Source: Atractiella rhizophila (lineage: Eukaryota). Taken from it: a stretch of DNA of 38,077 nt. Position 1 is the first letter of the stretch. Every line of letters starts with the position of its first letter. The notes below the pieces were generated by a model, which worked only from the letters and a program-made list of their open reading frames with translations, was not told the origin of the DNA and did not search any database. The DNA lies in the NCBI GenBank assembly GCA_021432655.1, contig MU271210.1, positions 1 to 38,077 on the forward strand, given 5' to 3'. Both the position numbers and the translations under genes were made by a program. This document shows, in pieces, positions 13,596 through 24,873 of the stretch.

Positions 13596-15154
13596 ATGAC
13601 GTTGTACAGAGCCTCTCCACCGTCACTGGAAAAGGACCCGGGTCGAATTTTGTTTTCTCTCGACAATGGTATTGCGATCATCACATTGAACATCCCGTCT
13701 AAGCTCAATGCGCTCCCTCTTCCCCTCTACACCCATATCGCCTCTCTCCTCCGATACACATCCGCTTTACCACTCGAAGAATGTTACGCAACGGTTGTTA
13801 CCGGCGCAGGGGCATACTGGTGCAGTGGTGCAGATATTGACGGTGCCGCTGGAGAACTGAGTGGAGAGGGAGAAGAGGTCAGAACGCACTGGATTAACAG
13901 GCTGTCTTCCAGTATGTAGCTCGCCTCTTTTGATGACCGCTTCACCAAATGTTGACTTTTGTTGACAATCATGAGCTGCTGTGGCTGTACCTAGCCTTTG
14001 CCGCTTACTCTTGAGTGACTTCATTCCACCCGTTCTCTCAAGGTGAAAACGATCATAACTTATGCTCATCTCATGTGCTGATATGAAGATTCCTCCTATT
14101 ATGTAGAACGATTTTCCATTTCGTCTTTTACCCTGAGATTCATGTTGTGCGATAGGATAGGAAAGTAGCTGGGCCGCCTGTGGGACTACGCATCCTAAGG
14201 CTCACCTACTCTCTGAGTAATTATGCGGCTCTTATGCTGTCGTTTACGCTTTATCTTGGACTCAATCTTGTTTGGCGATTTGAGTCTTGGGCATCTCATC
14301 ATTCTACTATGTGGTCCTGCACTTGCGGAACAATTACTTCCCGTTTTGCTCATTTCCTCACTTCATTTCCTCACTTCAATTCCTCACTTCAATCAGGGAT
14401 GTCGCCTATTGACTGGCGCTGGTACAAGGTACTATGCAGCTTACCAAAGCGTGTATGGAGCACGAAAAGCTCCTTATTGCGGCATTGAATGGTAGCTGAT
14501 CCTTTCCGTCTTGGTCTCGGTCGTTGGTTCTCCACGCTCATGATTTGCACACCATAAAGGTCCTGCTGTTGGCCTCGCAGCCTCAATATTAGGATGGTTC
14601 GACTTCCTCTACGCAACTGAAGACTTCTTCCTACTCACACCGTTCACTTCGTGCGTAAATTATATCTCCCCTGCATCGACGGATGTATGACGAAAATCCT
14701 GGGAAATATAGAGTGGGACTGGCGACAGAGGGAGGGGCGAGTTTGACATTTCCACGTCGAATGGGAATAGGGTTAGCAAATGAAGGTCTGTTTTTCATAT
14801 CCTGTTAATTCCTCTCCCCTTCCCGAAACCTCGACGCTGACACAACGCCTAGCGTTGCTACTTTCTCGCAAACTTACTGCCGCCGAACTTCTTCAGGCAG
14901 GTTTCCTTACGCGCATCCCCCCAAAAGATCGCTTCATCCCTTCTGTCCTGGCATATATCCGAGAGATGACGCAGGATCTGGTGAAAGAAAGTCTCGTGGT
15001 AACAAAGAAATTGATCCAGGATGGACTCAACAGACACGGAGCGGACACAGCAAACTTGAACGAGATCTTCATGGGAACCGAGCGATTCGTCTCTGGACGG
15101 CCTCAACAAAGATTCACTCAGATCATGATGAAGCAAAGAAGGCACAAACTGTAA
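13596..15154 (+). CDS. Peroxisomal delta3,delta2-enoyl-CoA isomerase, paralog 2
   Basis: MTLYRASPPSLEKDPGRILF...SKLNALPLPLY...WCSGADI...IAALNGPAVGLAASILGWFDFLYA...KQRRHKL*. Colinear with paralog 1; long intron at 13912-14428. Confidence 0.9.
14351..14393. repeat. 13-bp tandem repeat (CAWTTCCTCACTT) x3.3 inside the long intron of ECI paralog 2
   Basis: catttcctcactt catttcctcactt caattcctcactt caat, read directly from the sequence. Confidence 0.9.
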
Positions 15155-15328
15155 TTTTTTTCTGTTCGGCACTGTTGTGGCATCCTTTTTCTGTGCAGGC
15201 AAGATACATTGACATAAAATGCAGAGTGTTCATCAAGTTGTACAAATAGATCTGAATCTCAACGAAGGAAGAAAGGAAAATAAGGAACAGGTTTATGTTC
15301 TCCAGAAATCGGTGAAAGAAGGGGGCTC

Positions 15329-17080
15329 TTATCTCTTCCTTCCTTGTCTCGTTCCCCTTCCTCTCCTTCCTCCCGGACCTCCCAAATGGCCGTCCCTCTC
15401 CTCCGAGCTCCTCTCCCTTCCTGTCCTGCCCTTATCTCTGCAATCTGGACAGAACCATTCTCCAGTAGGTGGATGGTCTAGGTTCACGCAAGTGAGGTGA
15501 AACCATTCGAATGGACAGTCGGGATAGTCGCAGGCGATCATCTGTAGTCAAGAGTAAACAGCAGGCTCCCATACGTAAGCGAAAGCAGGGGAAAGCTTAC
15601 ATCTCCAAATGAAGGGCGTTGGCACGAGCAATACAAGGTGCCATCATCCGCCTCTTCCGCCGCCTCTTCTTCGTCCACATCCTCGTCATCATCTTCGCCC
15701 AGAACTCCATTTCCACTACCCCTTCCTCTCAGCGCTCTATCCTCCGCTAAACTGCCCATTGTCCTCCCGACATTCCTATCGCTCCTCCTATTCCTGCCTC
15801 CGCCCCCAACTGCTCCTCCTCGGGTTCCACTGGCTGACGACGCTCGCTTTGGTACCCCGCCAAGCATAGCGTTTCCAGATATTGGATACATGTTTTGTAC
15901 GGTAGGAAGGGACGCGCTGGTAGTGAGATGAACAGGAGTGGTTGTGCCACTTATGGTGCCCTGAGTCGTACGTGGGGGCCTTCCTGGTTTCCTCGGCACC
16001 TGAGAAGCTGTCTGAGGTTGCGGCTGTTGCATATTCTGCGGTATTCCTGGAGTTGGAGGCTGAGATGGTACCTGTGTATGGGTGATAGGAACTTGGGGAA
16101 GTGACTGATGTACGCTTTGTGTTTGAGCCAGCATCATGGGGTGAGCCGCGATTTGAGGAGCGAGAATGGGATTGATCATCATGGGATGTCCATGCCCATG
16201 GGCGGGATGCCCAGGTTGGAGGTTATGCATGCTCGGAATGGGTTGAAGGATTGTCTCCGACGGGTTTCCAAAAGGAACTGGATATTGGGTGTGTGGGGGA
16301 AGTTGGGGGATGGTGATCGGATGTGCAGGTTGAGGGACAGGCGTGGAGGTATTGGGTGTTTGTACAGGAGGTTGGATAGGAGTCGAGGCAGGAAGAGGAG
16401 AAGGGAGCGGTGCGGTTGCTGAGGCGTCTACCGCATAATAAGCATACAGTGACAGGAAGGAGTAGGAAGAGCGAGAGGATGACGCACTCTTGTTTACTGA
16501 TTGACGGTTCGTAAGCTCTGGTTGCCAGTCCATTGCGTTGGTACCTGCAGTTGTTGGCGCAGCCGGAGCATTGTTCAGTCCGAGTGCAGAAGGGATAGGC
16601 TTCAAGCTTGAAGAAGGTGGGAGGAATACGACGTCTTGCATGTCATCCATCGCACCAGGGATCTTAGAAAGTTCTTTGTGTAGCCTCATCAAGTGTCGAT
16701 TCAACTATCTCAGGTTTATGAGTTGGCACCCTCTCCAAAGAGGGAGAGAAAGGAGATGAGGATATGCTCACCAAATCCACTCCTCGTTTAGCGAGCATGA
16801 TCTTCTCATCCTGCAGCTTCTCGCAAAGCTTATAGCTATCTTGCATCCTCTGGGTGAGGATCGCCTCCTTATTTTCTGGCATGGGCTGCAACAATCCAAG
16901 AGTCTGAAAGTGCTTTCCCATCGCTCCATCCTTCTGTGCGATTTTCGTCTTCTGCTTCGCTATCTCTCCTTCTTTGTACTTGATCTCTTCGAGGATGAAT
17001 CGTACTTCTGAAGGCAAATTGTCGAGAGAAGAAACGAAGTCGTGGAGCAAGACTGCCGCGTCTTCCGCTGTGGATCCCAT
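15329..17080 (-). CDS. ING-family (Yng2-like) chromatin reader with C-terminal PHD finger
   Basis: N-terminal ING helical domain [38 protein letters not shown]-terminal [49 protein letters not shown], split by an intron. An upstream in-frame ATG exists at 17344. Confidence 0.9.
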
Positions 17081-17471
17081 TCTCGGATCACTGGCAGTTG
17101 GCGTTCTTTCTTGCTTGAAGTGCGTGGGTCTGGGAGTCCTTGCTGGGAGGGATGCGGGAGGCTGACCTAATGGGATGGGCGAGTAGGAGGGGGTATCGTT
17201 GACTATGGACCTGGCTGGCTGACTTCGACGTCTCAATGGTCGTTCAATCGAAGATGCGGGTGGCAATGACACGTGACTAGGACTCCCCTTTGTCTGGTCA
17301 GCTTTCGACAATTCTGGCATGGACATTTCCCTTTTCGGCTCCATACTTGCGCGTTGAAAGTTCGGGAGCTATATGAGCGGACTGTGGATTAAAAGTTGAC
17401 ATTTCGCAAGATACAAAACGCAGAATTCCTTGACTAATTAACATTGAACGAGTAACTAGGTTCAAAGGCCA

Positions 17472-19407
17472 TCAACGTCTTGTACTAGCATCATAGAACA
17501 ACCACGACAGTCCATATCGAATGGTGAAAGCAACAACACTCCCAGCGATCTGCACAAGCATCATTGTTTCATTCAGCCGCTTCTCTGTCATAGATCCAAA
17601 CCAGACAAGCAGAAGATTGAGGATGGTCAGGTTGGAGAAAGACGTTATCCTCCCTGACTGTTCGTCGAGGTGAAGTTTCACCATGCCCAATGTGGAAAGG
17701 AGACGCAGTGTGGAGGTTTGGAGCAGCGTTGGAGGTTTTGAGAAGTACACGAGAGACGGCTCGAGTTTCTTTGTCTTTAGATTATACCTAGCATCCATTG
17801 TCAGCGTTAGGTCATTTGGTGGTAGAGGGCGGATGAACGAACTTAGGCACACGATGTCGTGGGCATTCTACAATCCCGAAAATCTGCGGACAGCTATAGA
17901 CGAAGTTGAACGCCTGAGGGATGAAGAAGAGGACGACCGTCTTGCTGAAATGGCCCAGGATACCGACGACGGAGAAAGCCATTCCGACGAAATAACAGAA
18001 GCTGTCGCCTATAAACACCCTACTCGGGTAGGCGTTGAACTTGAGGAGGGCCAAACAGAGTGCGGCTAGCGGTAGGCTGAAATAGAGCGAGAACAGGTGC
18101 CGCGAGACTTGTTGGGGTGAGCTCGCTGGAGATGAGGGGGAGAGGAAGAGTAATGAGTTGAGGGATAGCGAGACGGAAATGATTAGGGCTTGCGAGACCT
18201 TGCGTTAGTCAGAGCTTGCGCTGGAATTGGAACAGAAATACATACCTCTACCCCATTGATGCCTGCGAGAATGTTGATGGAATTTGTGCAGAAGGTCGAC
18301 AGCATCGACATGTATAGATAATAAATTGGGCCTGTCAATCATCCATTCAGCAATCAAGATTCAAAGAAACCGTAGCTCGATCCGATGCGAAAGGGTCAGT
18401 TATGTTTTATGCAGCCAAATATAATCATCGTGAAAACTAAGAGCTTGACTCTAGAATTTCTTTGGCTAAAATATCATCATGTTCGCAGCCTGACTTTGAA
18501 TGAGTCCAATGAATTAAATGAAATCTCACCTAGCTTTAATAGCCCTCCAGTCTTCTCGACCCCTAAGAAGTTTCTAAGTCCCAAAACCTTTGGTAAAACG
18601 ACATCTGTAATGCCTCCCTCTGCGGCATAAGTGAGCAGAAGCGGAACACTGGCGATAACTATCCGTTGCATCCTATCTTAGCACGCAGCCCACCACTCAG
18701 CGAGGAAGCAGGAGCTCACTAGGAATGGGGACCTTATACCGCCATCGGATATCGAATACATCGTCCAGGAATCCAAGGAAGGTAGCAACTAAGAGAGACA
18801 GGAGAGTGGCGAGATAGACGGCGAGGGAGTGATGAGGGAATTGAAGGTCTGAGGGACCTGATGATGGGGAGGGAGAGAGGGGATAGAAGTGTGAGAGGAA
18901 GGGAAGTGGAGCGAATAGAGCGAGAATGAGTATGTAGAGAGAGGCGGCGGTCGTTCCTTGCGATTCTGGACTGAGACAACATAGATTAATTCCTGGACTA
19001 GGTAGGTGGTGAAGAAAGACAGAGATTAAACGAGCAAAGTGGGAACAGCACATGTCAGACTGTAATCTGTCTGCACAAACCCGCCTGGCAAGATAATCTA
19101 TCGACTATCTGTATGGTACAAATGCTTTATACGTTCGTGAAGGAGGCACAGCTCTACGTCCTTTGAGAGCAAGCAGGAAATCACGTATCCTCATGAGCTA
19201 TTGCCCGGCAGGCACTACCCTTTCTCTTCGCTTCGATCAGTGGTACACGTACATTTGCTCCGTGCTTTCCTTCAGCAGGTCCCTCCCACTTAGCCCCTTT
19301 TTCCTGAATTCCGGGGCAACCCTTGGAATGACGAGGACGATGGAAACATAAGTGACAGCAGACACGATGCCTGCCGTCCCGAGTGTGAGCGTTGTCTCGT
19401 CCAGCAT
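17472..19407 (-). CDS. ALG7: UDP-GlcNAc:dolichyl-phosphate GlcNAc-1-phosphotransferase (GPT/DPAGT1)
   Basis: Spliced MLDETTL...GLSGRDLLK...IPESQG...[16 protein letters not shown]...[16 protein letters not shown]...[16 protein letters not shown]...CPRHRVP...NLTILNLLL. Introns at 18971-19252, about 18661-18720, 18332-18529, about 18200-18245 and about 17788-17843. Confidence 0.95.
18386..18487 (-). ncRNA. snR66: Intronic box C/D snoRNA, snR66-like (guide for the 25S rRNA Um2417 equivalent)
   Basis: Inside ALG7 intron 18332-18529 on the sense strand. Box C ATGATGA (18480-18474), D' CTTA (18441-18438), C'-like ATGATTA (18428-18422), box D CTGA (18399-18396), flanking stem TGCGAA/TTCGCA. Guide CTAGAGTCAAGCTC (18454-18441) is the exact complement of conserved LSU rRNA GAGCUUGACUCUAG. 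Confidence 0.85.
19065..19190 (-). ncRNA. Candidate intronic box H/ACA snoRNA, target unknown
   Basis: Inside the 282-nt ALG7 intron 1. Hairpin 1 (ATACGT/ACGTAT base, GCTCT/AGAGC top), H box AAAGCA (19128-19123), hairpin 2 (TTGTAC/GTGCAG base, AGATAGTC/GATTATCT top), then ACA (19070-19068) plus 3 nt. Confidence 0.55.
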
Positions 19408-19601
19408 GCTGGAAGGATAATGCTTTTTAAACCGGTCTACGTGAATCTTAAGAGCTTTCTTTCTAGAGAGAAGTTGGCGAATGAATCGAGGAGCTCCTGC
19501 GGTTGCTTCTTATCGAAGTCGACCCTCTGCGGCGTTGGTGCTCAAAAAAAAGGCCACGTGTCACAGGAATAATGGAAATCACATGAAAAGGTAACGCAAA
19601 A

Positions 19602-19687
19602 TGCCCCAAGGGTGAGTCGAACACCCGGTCTCCGCTTTGCTCGAATGTGGTACAAGAGCGGCGCCTTAACCACTGGGCCATTGGGGC
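19602..19687 (-). tRNA. tRNA-Thr(TGT) with a 13-nt intron
   Basis: GCCCCAA acceptor stem pairs with TTGGGGC. A-box TGGCCCAGTGG. Anticodon stem CCGCT/AGCGG with loop CT-TGT-A, intron ccacattcgagca after position 37. T-arm GGGTG-TTCGACT-CACCC, followed by TTTT. Confidence 0.95.
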
Positions 19688-20063
19688 TACTTGAAGGCAA
19701 CCTGGCCCAGATGCAACTTACAAGCAGGAACTACTCCCTCAATGCGAAGTTGATAGGCCTCTGTCTTGTTGGAGAGTTCCTTTGCCTACTTCAGCTTACA
19801 TTTGAATTGCACAGACACTGGGACCCACTGCAAGTGATCCACGATCTATGGGTTAGCAGAAGAATTGCACAGCTATGGACAAATGCTAATCGTTAGATTC
19901 GACAAATTGAAAGACATTGTTTCCCATTCAAGTTAGACTTGCACTCTGCACTCTGCATCGTGAACTGCGTGAATCAAACCAGAACGCAACCGAAATCCCA
20001 TAACAAACATAAACACTTCGTTATCATAAAACAACCACAAAACCCACGCAACAGATTTTTCGA

Positions 20064-22503
20064 TCAGGGACGAGCTCCAGTCCTTTTACAGGCGATGTAC
20101 CAGTTTCCGCTGATGGAAGCGAACCCGCTGCGCTCCTTCTCTTTGCGTTTCGAAGTCGCAATGTTAGGGGACAGGGGAGCTTTGCGGCGGGTTTGGAGGA
20201 TAGATTCGGGAAAACCGACATCGACCACAAAAAGGTCGCCTGATCACATTTCATAAACATTGGAGGGCTCAAACAATGAGGAAAATGGCGCACCTGATAC
20301 TTGTGAGGATTTGCAGACCGACTTGACAAATCCCAGACACACGGTCAGAGAAGGAACTATTTTAGTCGGGAGAAGAGGATGGACATCTATTTCGCGAAAC
20401 ATGAGGCACACAGCTATTGGGTCTCCATAGAGCAAAATCACTGACCTTCGATATCCTTTCCGCTCGTATCTACTCCAGAAGGAACATCAATGCTCAATAT
20501 CCTTCCACCCCTGCCACTGCTAGCCGCCGTGGTGGCCCATTTAGCCGCTGCGCCTGACCATCGATCTGCCTTGGTTATCTTTGGAGGTTGAGAACTCAAA
20601 GAGCTAGCACCACCCGAAGAAGGAGAGGCCGACTGTTTGAGTTTTGGAGTCGCCCCTTTATCTTTGAGTTTGTCCGAAGTCCAGAAATCAACTTCCAGTA
20701 TAGAGTCGATGATCAGATCTGAAGAACCTGGAAGGTCTAAACGTGCAGTAATACCATGGTCAATATATTTGACTATACAAAGGAGGGCGAGGAGACGAAC
20801 CATCGAAAGCGTCAATCACCTTCCCACCGGCGCCAACGAATCTCTTCACAGCACCCAAATGTTTCTCCTCCGTCCCAGGTCCAAGACAAGCATAAACCCT
20901 CGAGCCCCTCGTACACAGACTCGCACCGGCACTGAGTGCCGTTGCAGTCTTATAAGGGTTCGGATATCCTTTATCACTAGTCGCGGAACCACAGAGGAGG
21001 ACGATGACCGGACTAGCGGTCGTAGGGAAGAGGACGTTGTAAACGATCGTCGCTATCCCTCGTCCACCATTCTCAATCCTCATCCCTTCTTCCAACCCGT
21101 AATCGACCTCCGAAACTTCGAGGATTCCAAGCCACTCTCCAGTTTCGACTTCCACGCAAACCACTGGCTTTCCATCCTTACTTACTACAGTCACCCTTTC
21201 CCTTTCATCCTCTGTACTCAGACCGCGATCCGTATCCGTCTCAGTCTGTGGTGGGGACGGCGTGGGAGATGGGAAACGGTTACGGGCTTGCTGACTATTG
21301 GTTGAGGAAGAATGGTCAGAAAGGGATGAGGCGACATCCATCCCTAATCCGCGGGAAAGGCCGACGGACGAGGCGGATGAGTCCAGGACGTTTTCGTTGT
21401 GCGCTAGGCTGCGAGAGATGTGTTGGTGATAGGAGGTGGAGGGGAGAGGACCATCATGGTTCCTAATCTGTTCATACACCTGTGATCCTATCATTCGTCT
21501 GTTTTCTCAAGATCCGAATGAAGCAGCGAACCTTTTTCTTGTCAAACGACTTTAATCCGCTCTCGAAATCAAAGTCCTCGGCATAACCGTTTGAAACATC
21601 TTCGTTTTTCCAAGCTTGTGTACCCGCTGGTAAGCGTTGATCACGACGATCTCTTCGATTAGAGCCTGAGTAGCAGTTATCAAAATAAACAAAATTAGGA
21701 GGGAACACCAACGCGGATGACTCGCGTAGGTTTGTTGTGGCTGAACCTGCAAATACATATCAGCGTCTACCCAGCTTAATTCGTGAAAGAGGGCCAAGAA
21801 TGGACAGAAGAAAGGAGAAATACAAGTTAACTTAATCAAATTCTCTAAAAATGCTTTCTTTTGGCAGGAAAAATAGTAAACAACGCACCTTTCTCTTCTC
21901 CTTAGCCCCTCCCAACGCAGCCACTCCGTCTTCCCATCCATCGCTCTCAAACGGTCTCGTGCTTTCGTCCGCCTCCTCACTACCTGGCTCTTCTCTCCCA
22001 CCGCCACCTCCCCTCCTTCCTTTTCTCTTCGCTCGCTTCTCTTTGTCCCGTTCTTTATCTGGCGGAGCTGGAACTAGAGGTTGAGGTTGAGGAGGTGGAA
22101 TGGTTGGAGGAGGAGAGGGAGATGGAGTAAGGTGTTGTGCCTAAACCACAGTACCAATACGGTCAATTAAGATCATTGTTTCACATACTCCCCGTAATAC
22201 AAAGGAACAAATGCATACCGGTCGAGGAGATGTCTGTAAGCCCTGCTGAGTATTCGAAGGGCTCAAACCGACACTAGCCGCCGTGACTGGACCTGCATTC
22301 CCATTCCCACTTCCGCCGGCATTATCGAGCACGTTCAGACCCTTCATCTCTTCTCTCTTGATCACCCTCTCCTTCCCACCGCCCTGCCCGCTCAACGCAA
22401 GGCGCACAGTCCCACTGACAGCATCGATCGACGAAAGTGTGCCGACGAGCGTCTCAGAGTTGTGGAGGCCGACGGAGACGCGGAGACCGACGAATTGAGC
22501 CAT
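20064..22503 (-). CDS. EDC3: Enhancer of mRNA decapping 3 (LSm - FDF - YjeF_N)
   Basis: N-terminal LSm-like MAQFVGLRVSVGLHNSETLVGTLSSIDAVSG. FDF motif EDFDFESGLKSFDKKK|VYEQIR. YjeF_N features GMRIENGGRGIA, DLIIDSIL, ILSIDVPSGVD, LFVVDVGFP. Multiple short introns; stop at 20064-20066. Confidence 0.88.
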
Positions 22504-22716
22504 TTATCATTCACTTCTTGCGGTGTAAAGCGGCAGGTCCTGCAAGATAAGCTGGAAGATAGCCTGGGCAGCTCGTTCGACAAAAGACAACTTGGAAGCA
22601 AATTTGTCCAAGGCGATCGTAGTGTAGCCAAACTACAGACTCTCCTCAAGATTAACACCACTGTCAGCGACGAGGTCCTCTCAAAATTGCTGAAGAATTG
22701 ACTTGAAAAGCAGCGA

Positions 22717-23210
22717 ATGTCGTTCCAAGAGCTCTCCCAAGACCCCTTCGGCCTCACATACGCGAGCTTGGTGGCCGTCGGCGGTCTCATAGGTTTCCTG
22801 AAGGCATCCTCTCTTCCTTCCCTCGTCGCCGGCCTCGCAAGTGGTGCTATCATTTCTTATGGGACTGTCAGAGCTGTCAGGAACAATAAGCAGGTCGATG
22901 TAATACTTGGTCCGTCTTCCTAAACCATTCTCTCTCCTCAATTAGCTTCAGTAGACGTTCCCGGCCTCCACTTCACGTCGTCAAGCTGCTGATGAAATCA
23001 AACTCTTTCTTCTGTAAACAGGTATCTCTGTCTTCCTCCTTGTGTTCTTCGGTCGCCGTTTCTTGAACAGCAAGAAAATCATGCCTGCTGGTTTAGTGAC
23101 TGTACGTCCCATGTCTCCACAATACAATGGAGGGAAATCTGACGAATTTATGGCATAAGGCTCTCAGTGCCATTTCTGTGTTTAGGTACGGGTCAAGGCT
23201 GGCTCAGTAG
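22717..23210 (+). CDS. TMEM14-family small membrane protein
   Basis: MSFQELSQDPFGLTYASLVAVGGLIGFLKASSLPSLVAGLASG...|ISVFLLVFFGRRFLNSKKIMPAGLVT|ALSAISVFRYGSRLAQ*. GG-G...S-PSL-AG and K-MPAG are TMEM14 motifs; two introns. Confidence 0.9.
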
Positions 23211-24222
23211 TTTATTGAAAAGATGAATTCTCCATTCCGAGTAAGGACTTTCATCGTTGCCGTACTGTTGTGGAACTGAATGTGGAAGAGAGCAAAGTAC
23301 TGTGACAGTAGCGTCACATCCAAGCTTACCTCTTTACGCTCAATTTGTCTTCTTTCCATTTGACAAGCTTTGCTTTTTGTTTATTTGCTAGGCTCCATAT
23401 TACCATCCTGTGAGCAGACGGTGACGTTGGGTCTTTTGAAAACAACGGAACGTCTTCGGGATTCTCTGTCTTTAGCAGGAGTTCTTCAGACCCCCACTTC
23501 TTTCGATGTCTTCACAGATCTGAACTCGGCGTTCGTTGCTCTTGCAGTGCTGAGCGAAAAGCCAGCTTGACATGAAGCCCACCAAGTTTTCGTTGCAGAA
23601 GCCCTGGTAATTCCTTGCTCATGGCTCAAGTACGATATTTGGATTGCTGCTCTATCTCTTTGACCTCGAGATCCTATCTTTCGAGCTTAGCTTGCGGAAG
23701 GCGGCTAAGGCGTGAGGTTTCCTTTTGGAGGGATCCTTCAGCCAGAAAGGACAAATAGTCCTAGAACATGTAATCCTACAAAGAAGTTCTCAAGAGTTGT
23801 TCGCCTTCTAGTAAGAGCAATATTACGATGAATATTCCAGATTCTATGAATAGTACAGCAAAGTTGGACAACATGAGCGAATAGATGATGGGAGGCCGTT
23901 TCTGGACTGAAGATGCAGACGAACTCGTTCGATTGGACAAGGAGACAGGCCGCCAACAAGTCCAAGTAATTGGACTGGAAGCAGGATAAAGAAGTGTATA
24001 AAACCACAATCACGATCTGCCCAATAAACAAGCCCATCCTGGAAAGCGAAAGCCGAATGTGAAGCCATTTTGTATTCAAGTTAGAAGCGTTAATAGACCA
24101 ATTATAAACAGTGTTAGCAAGTGGTGTCTCATAAATCAAGCTGAAACTCAGCACATGCATCGCTGATCCCATCGTCATGGGTTTCGTGTTCCGCTCGCCG
24201 ATGCCGATGCCACCAACCTCTT

Positions 24223-24873
24223 TCAACCCGAAGGAGGCTGATGTGACGTTGGTATCTTGTCCGCCGAGGGATTGTCCATGGATGAGGAAGGTTTTGGAGA
24301 GCGACTACCAAGGGAATAAGCTCGTGATCGAACAGCTGGCGGACGTTCTGCATCGGGGGAAGAGAGATGTTTTGGGATGGGAGGGAGGGGTGAACCAGGA
24401 GGAGGGAGCATCGGCGGAAGTCGTGCACGGGCAGCGGACTTTGGAGCATTAATATTCTTGCTAGCATGCGTATGGATCGAACTTCCCGAGGCGGTCGACG
24501 CGACGGACATCCTTTTTGATGCTATACTCAGCGTCGTAATCTGGCTAGAAGCGCGTGAGCTCTCGAGCGAAGGAGAAGGTGCTAGATCAAGCAGGGCAGC
24601 TCCGTTGTAAAGCTCTCTCGGCGATGTCGGAGGGCTGCGACTGCGCGAGTGAGCCAGTTGAGGCTCTTGAGAGAATGACAATTCAGTTGTGTTCAGGGAG
24701 AATGGAGAAGCTGATCGGACGTCATCGATGTGCGCTGAGTTCCTGGGATTGGAAAAGTCTTCTCTGAGCTCTTCGGTATCCGATGGATGCGTCTCGATTG
24801 ATTCTGTCAGGCTCGAATCCTTGATATAAGGCGATGAGGATCTCATGCTTTCGCTAAAGCTTCCACCACGTCC
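24223..24873 (-). pseudogene. Duplicated 3' exon fragment of the PH-domain gene, lacking its 5' part
   Basis: Translation identical to 26198-26821, and the upstream context ends at the duplication junction. Confidence 0.8.

Noticed and set aside
13930..14081. Box C/D snoRNA in the ECI paralog 2 intron (TGATGA...CTGA)
   Set aside because: The C-like box is only about 18 nt from the donor, and there is no terminal stem or rRNA-complementary guide next to a D box.
9569..14428. TPP riboswitch in the long ECI introns
   Set aside because: A CTGAGA occurs in intron copy 2, but the downstream TPP core (ATACC...CTGATC...GATAATG) is absent and the host gene is unrelated to thiamine.
19065..19190. Identification of the intron-1 RNA as snR30/U17
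   Set aside because: It has partial m1/m2-like words (ATTTCCT, ACCAT), but they lie in different hairpins and not at the fixed short distance from ACA seen in that family.
19409..19687. tRNA-snoRNA dicistronic Pol III transcript
   Set aside because: The tRNA is followed by T4 and then T8 (19544-19551) terminators well before the ALG7 intronic RNAs.
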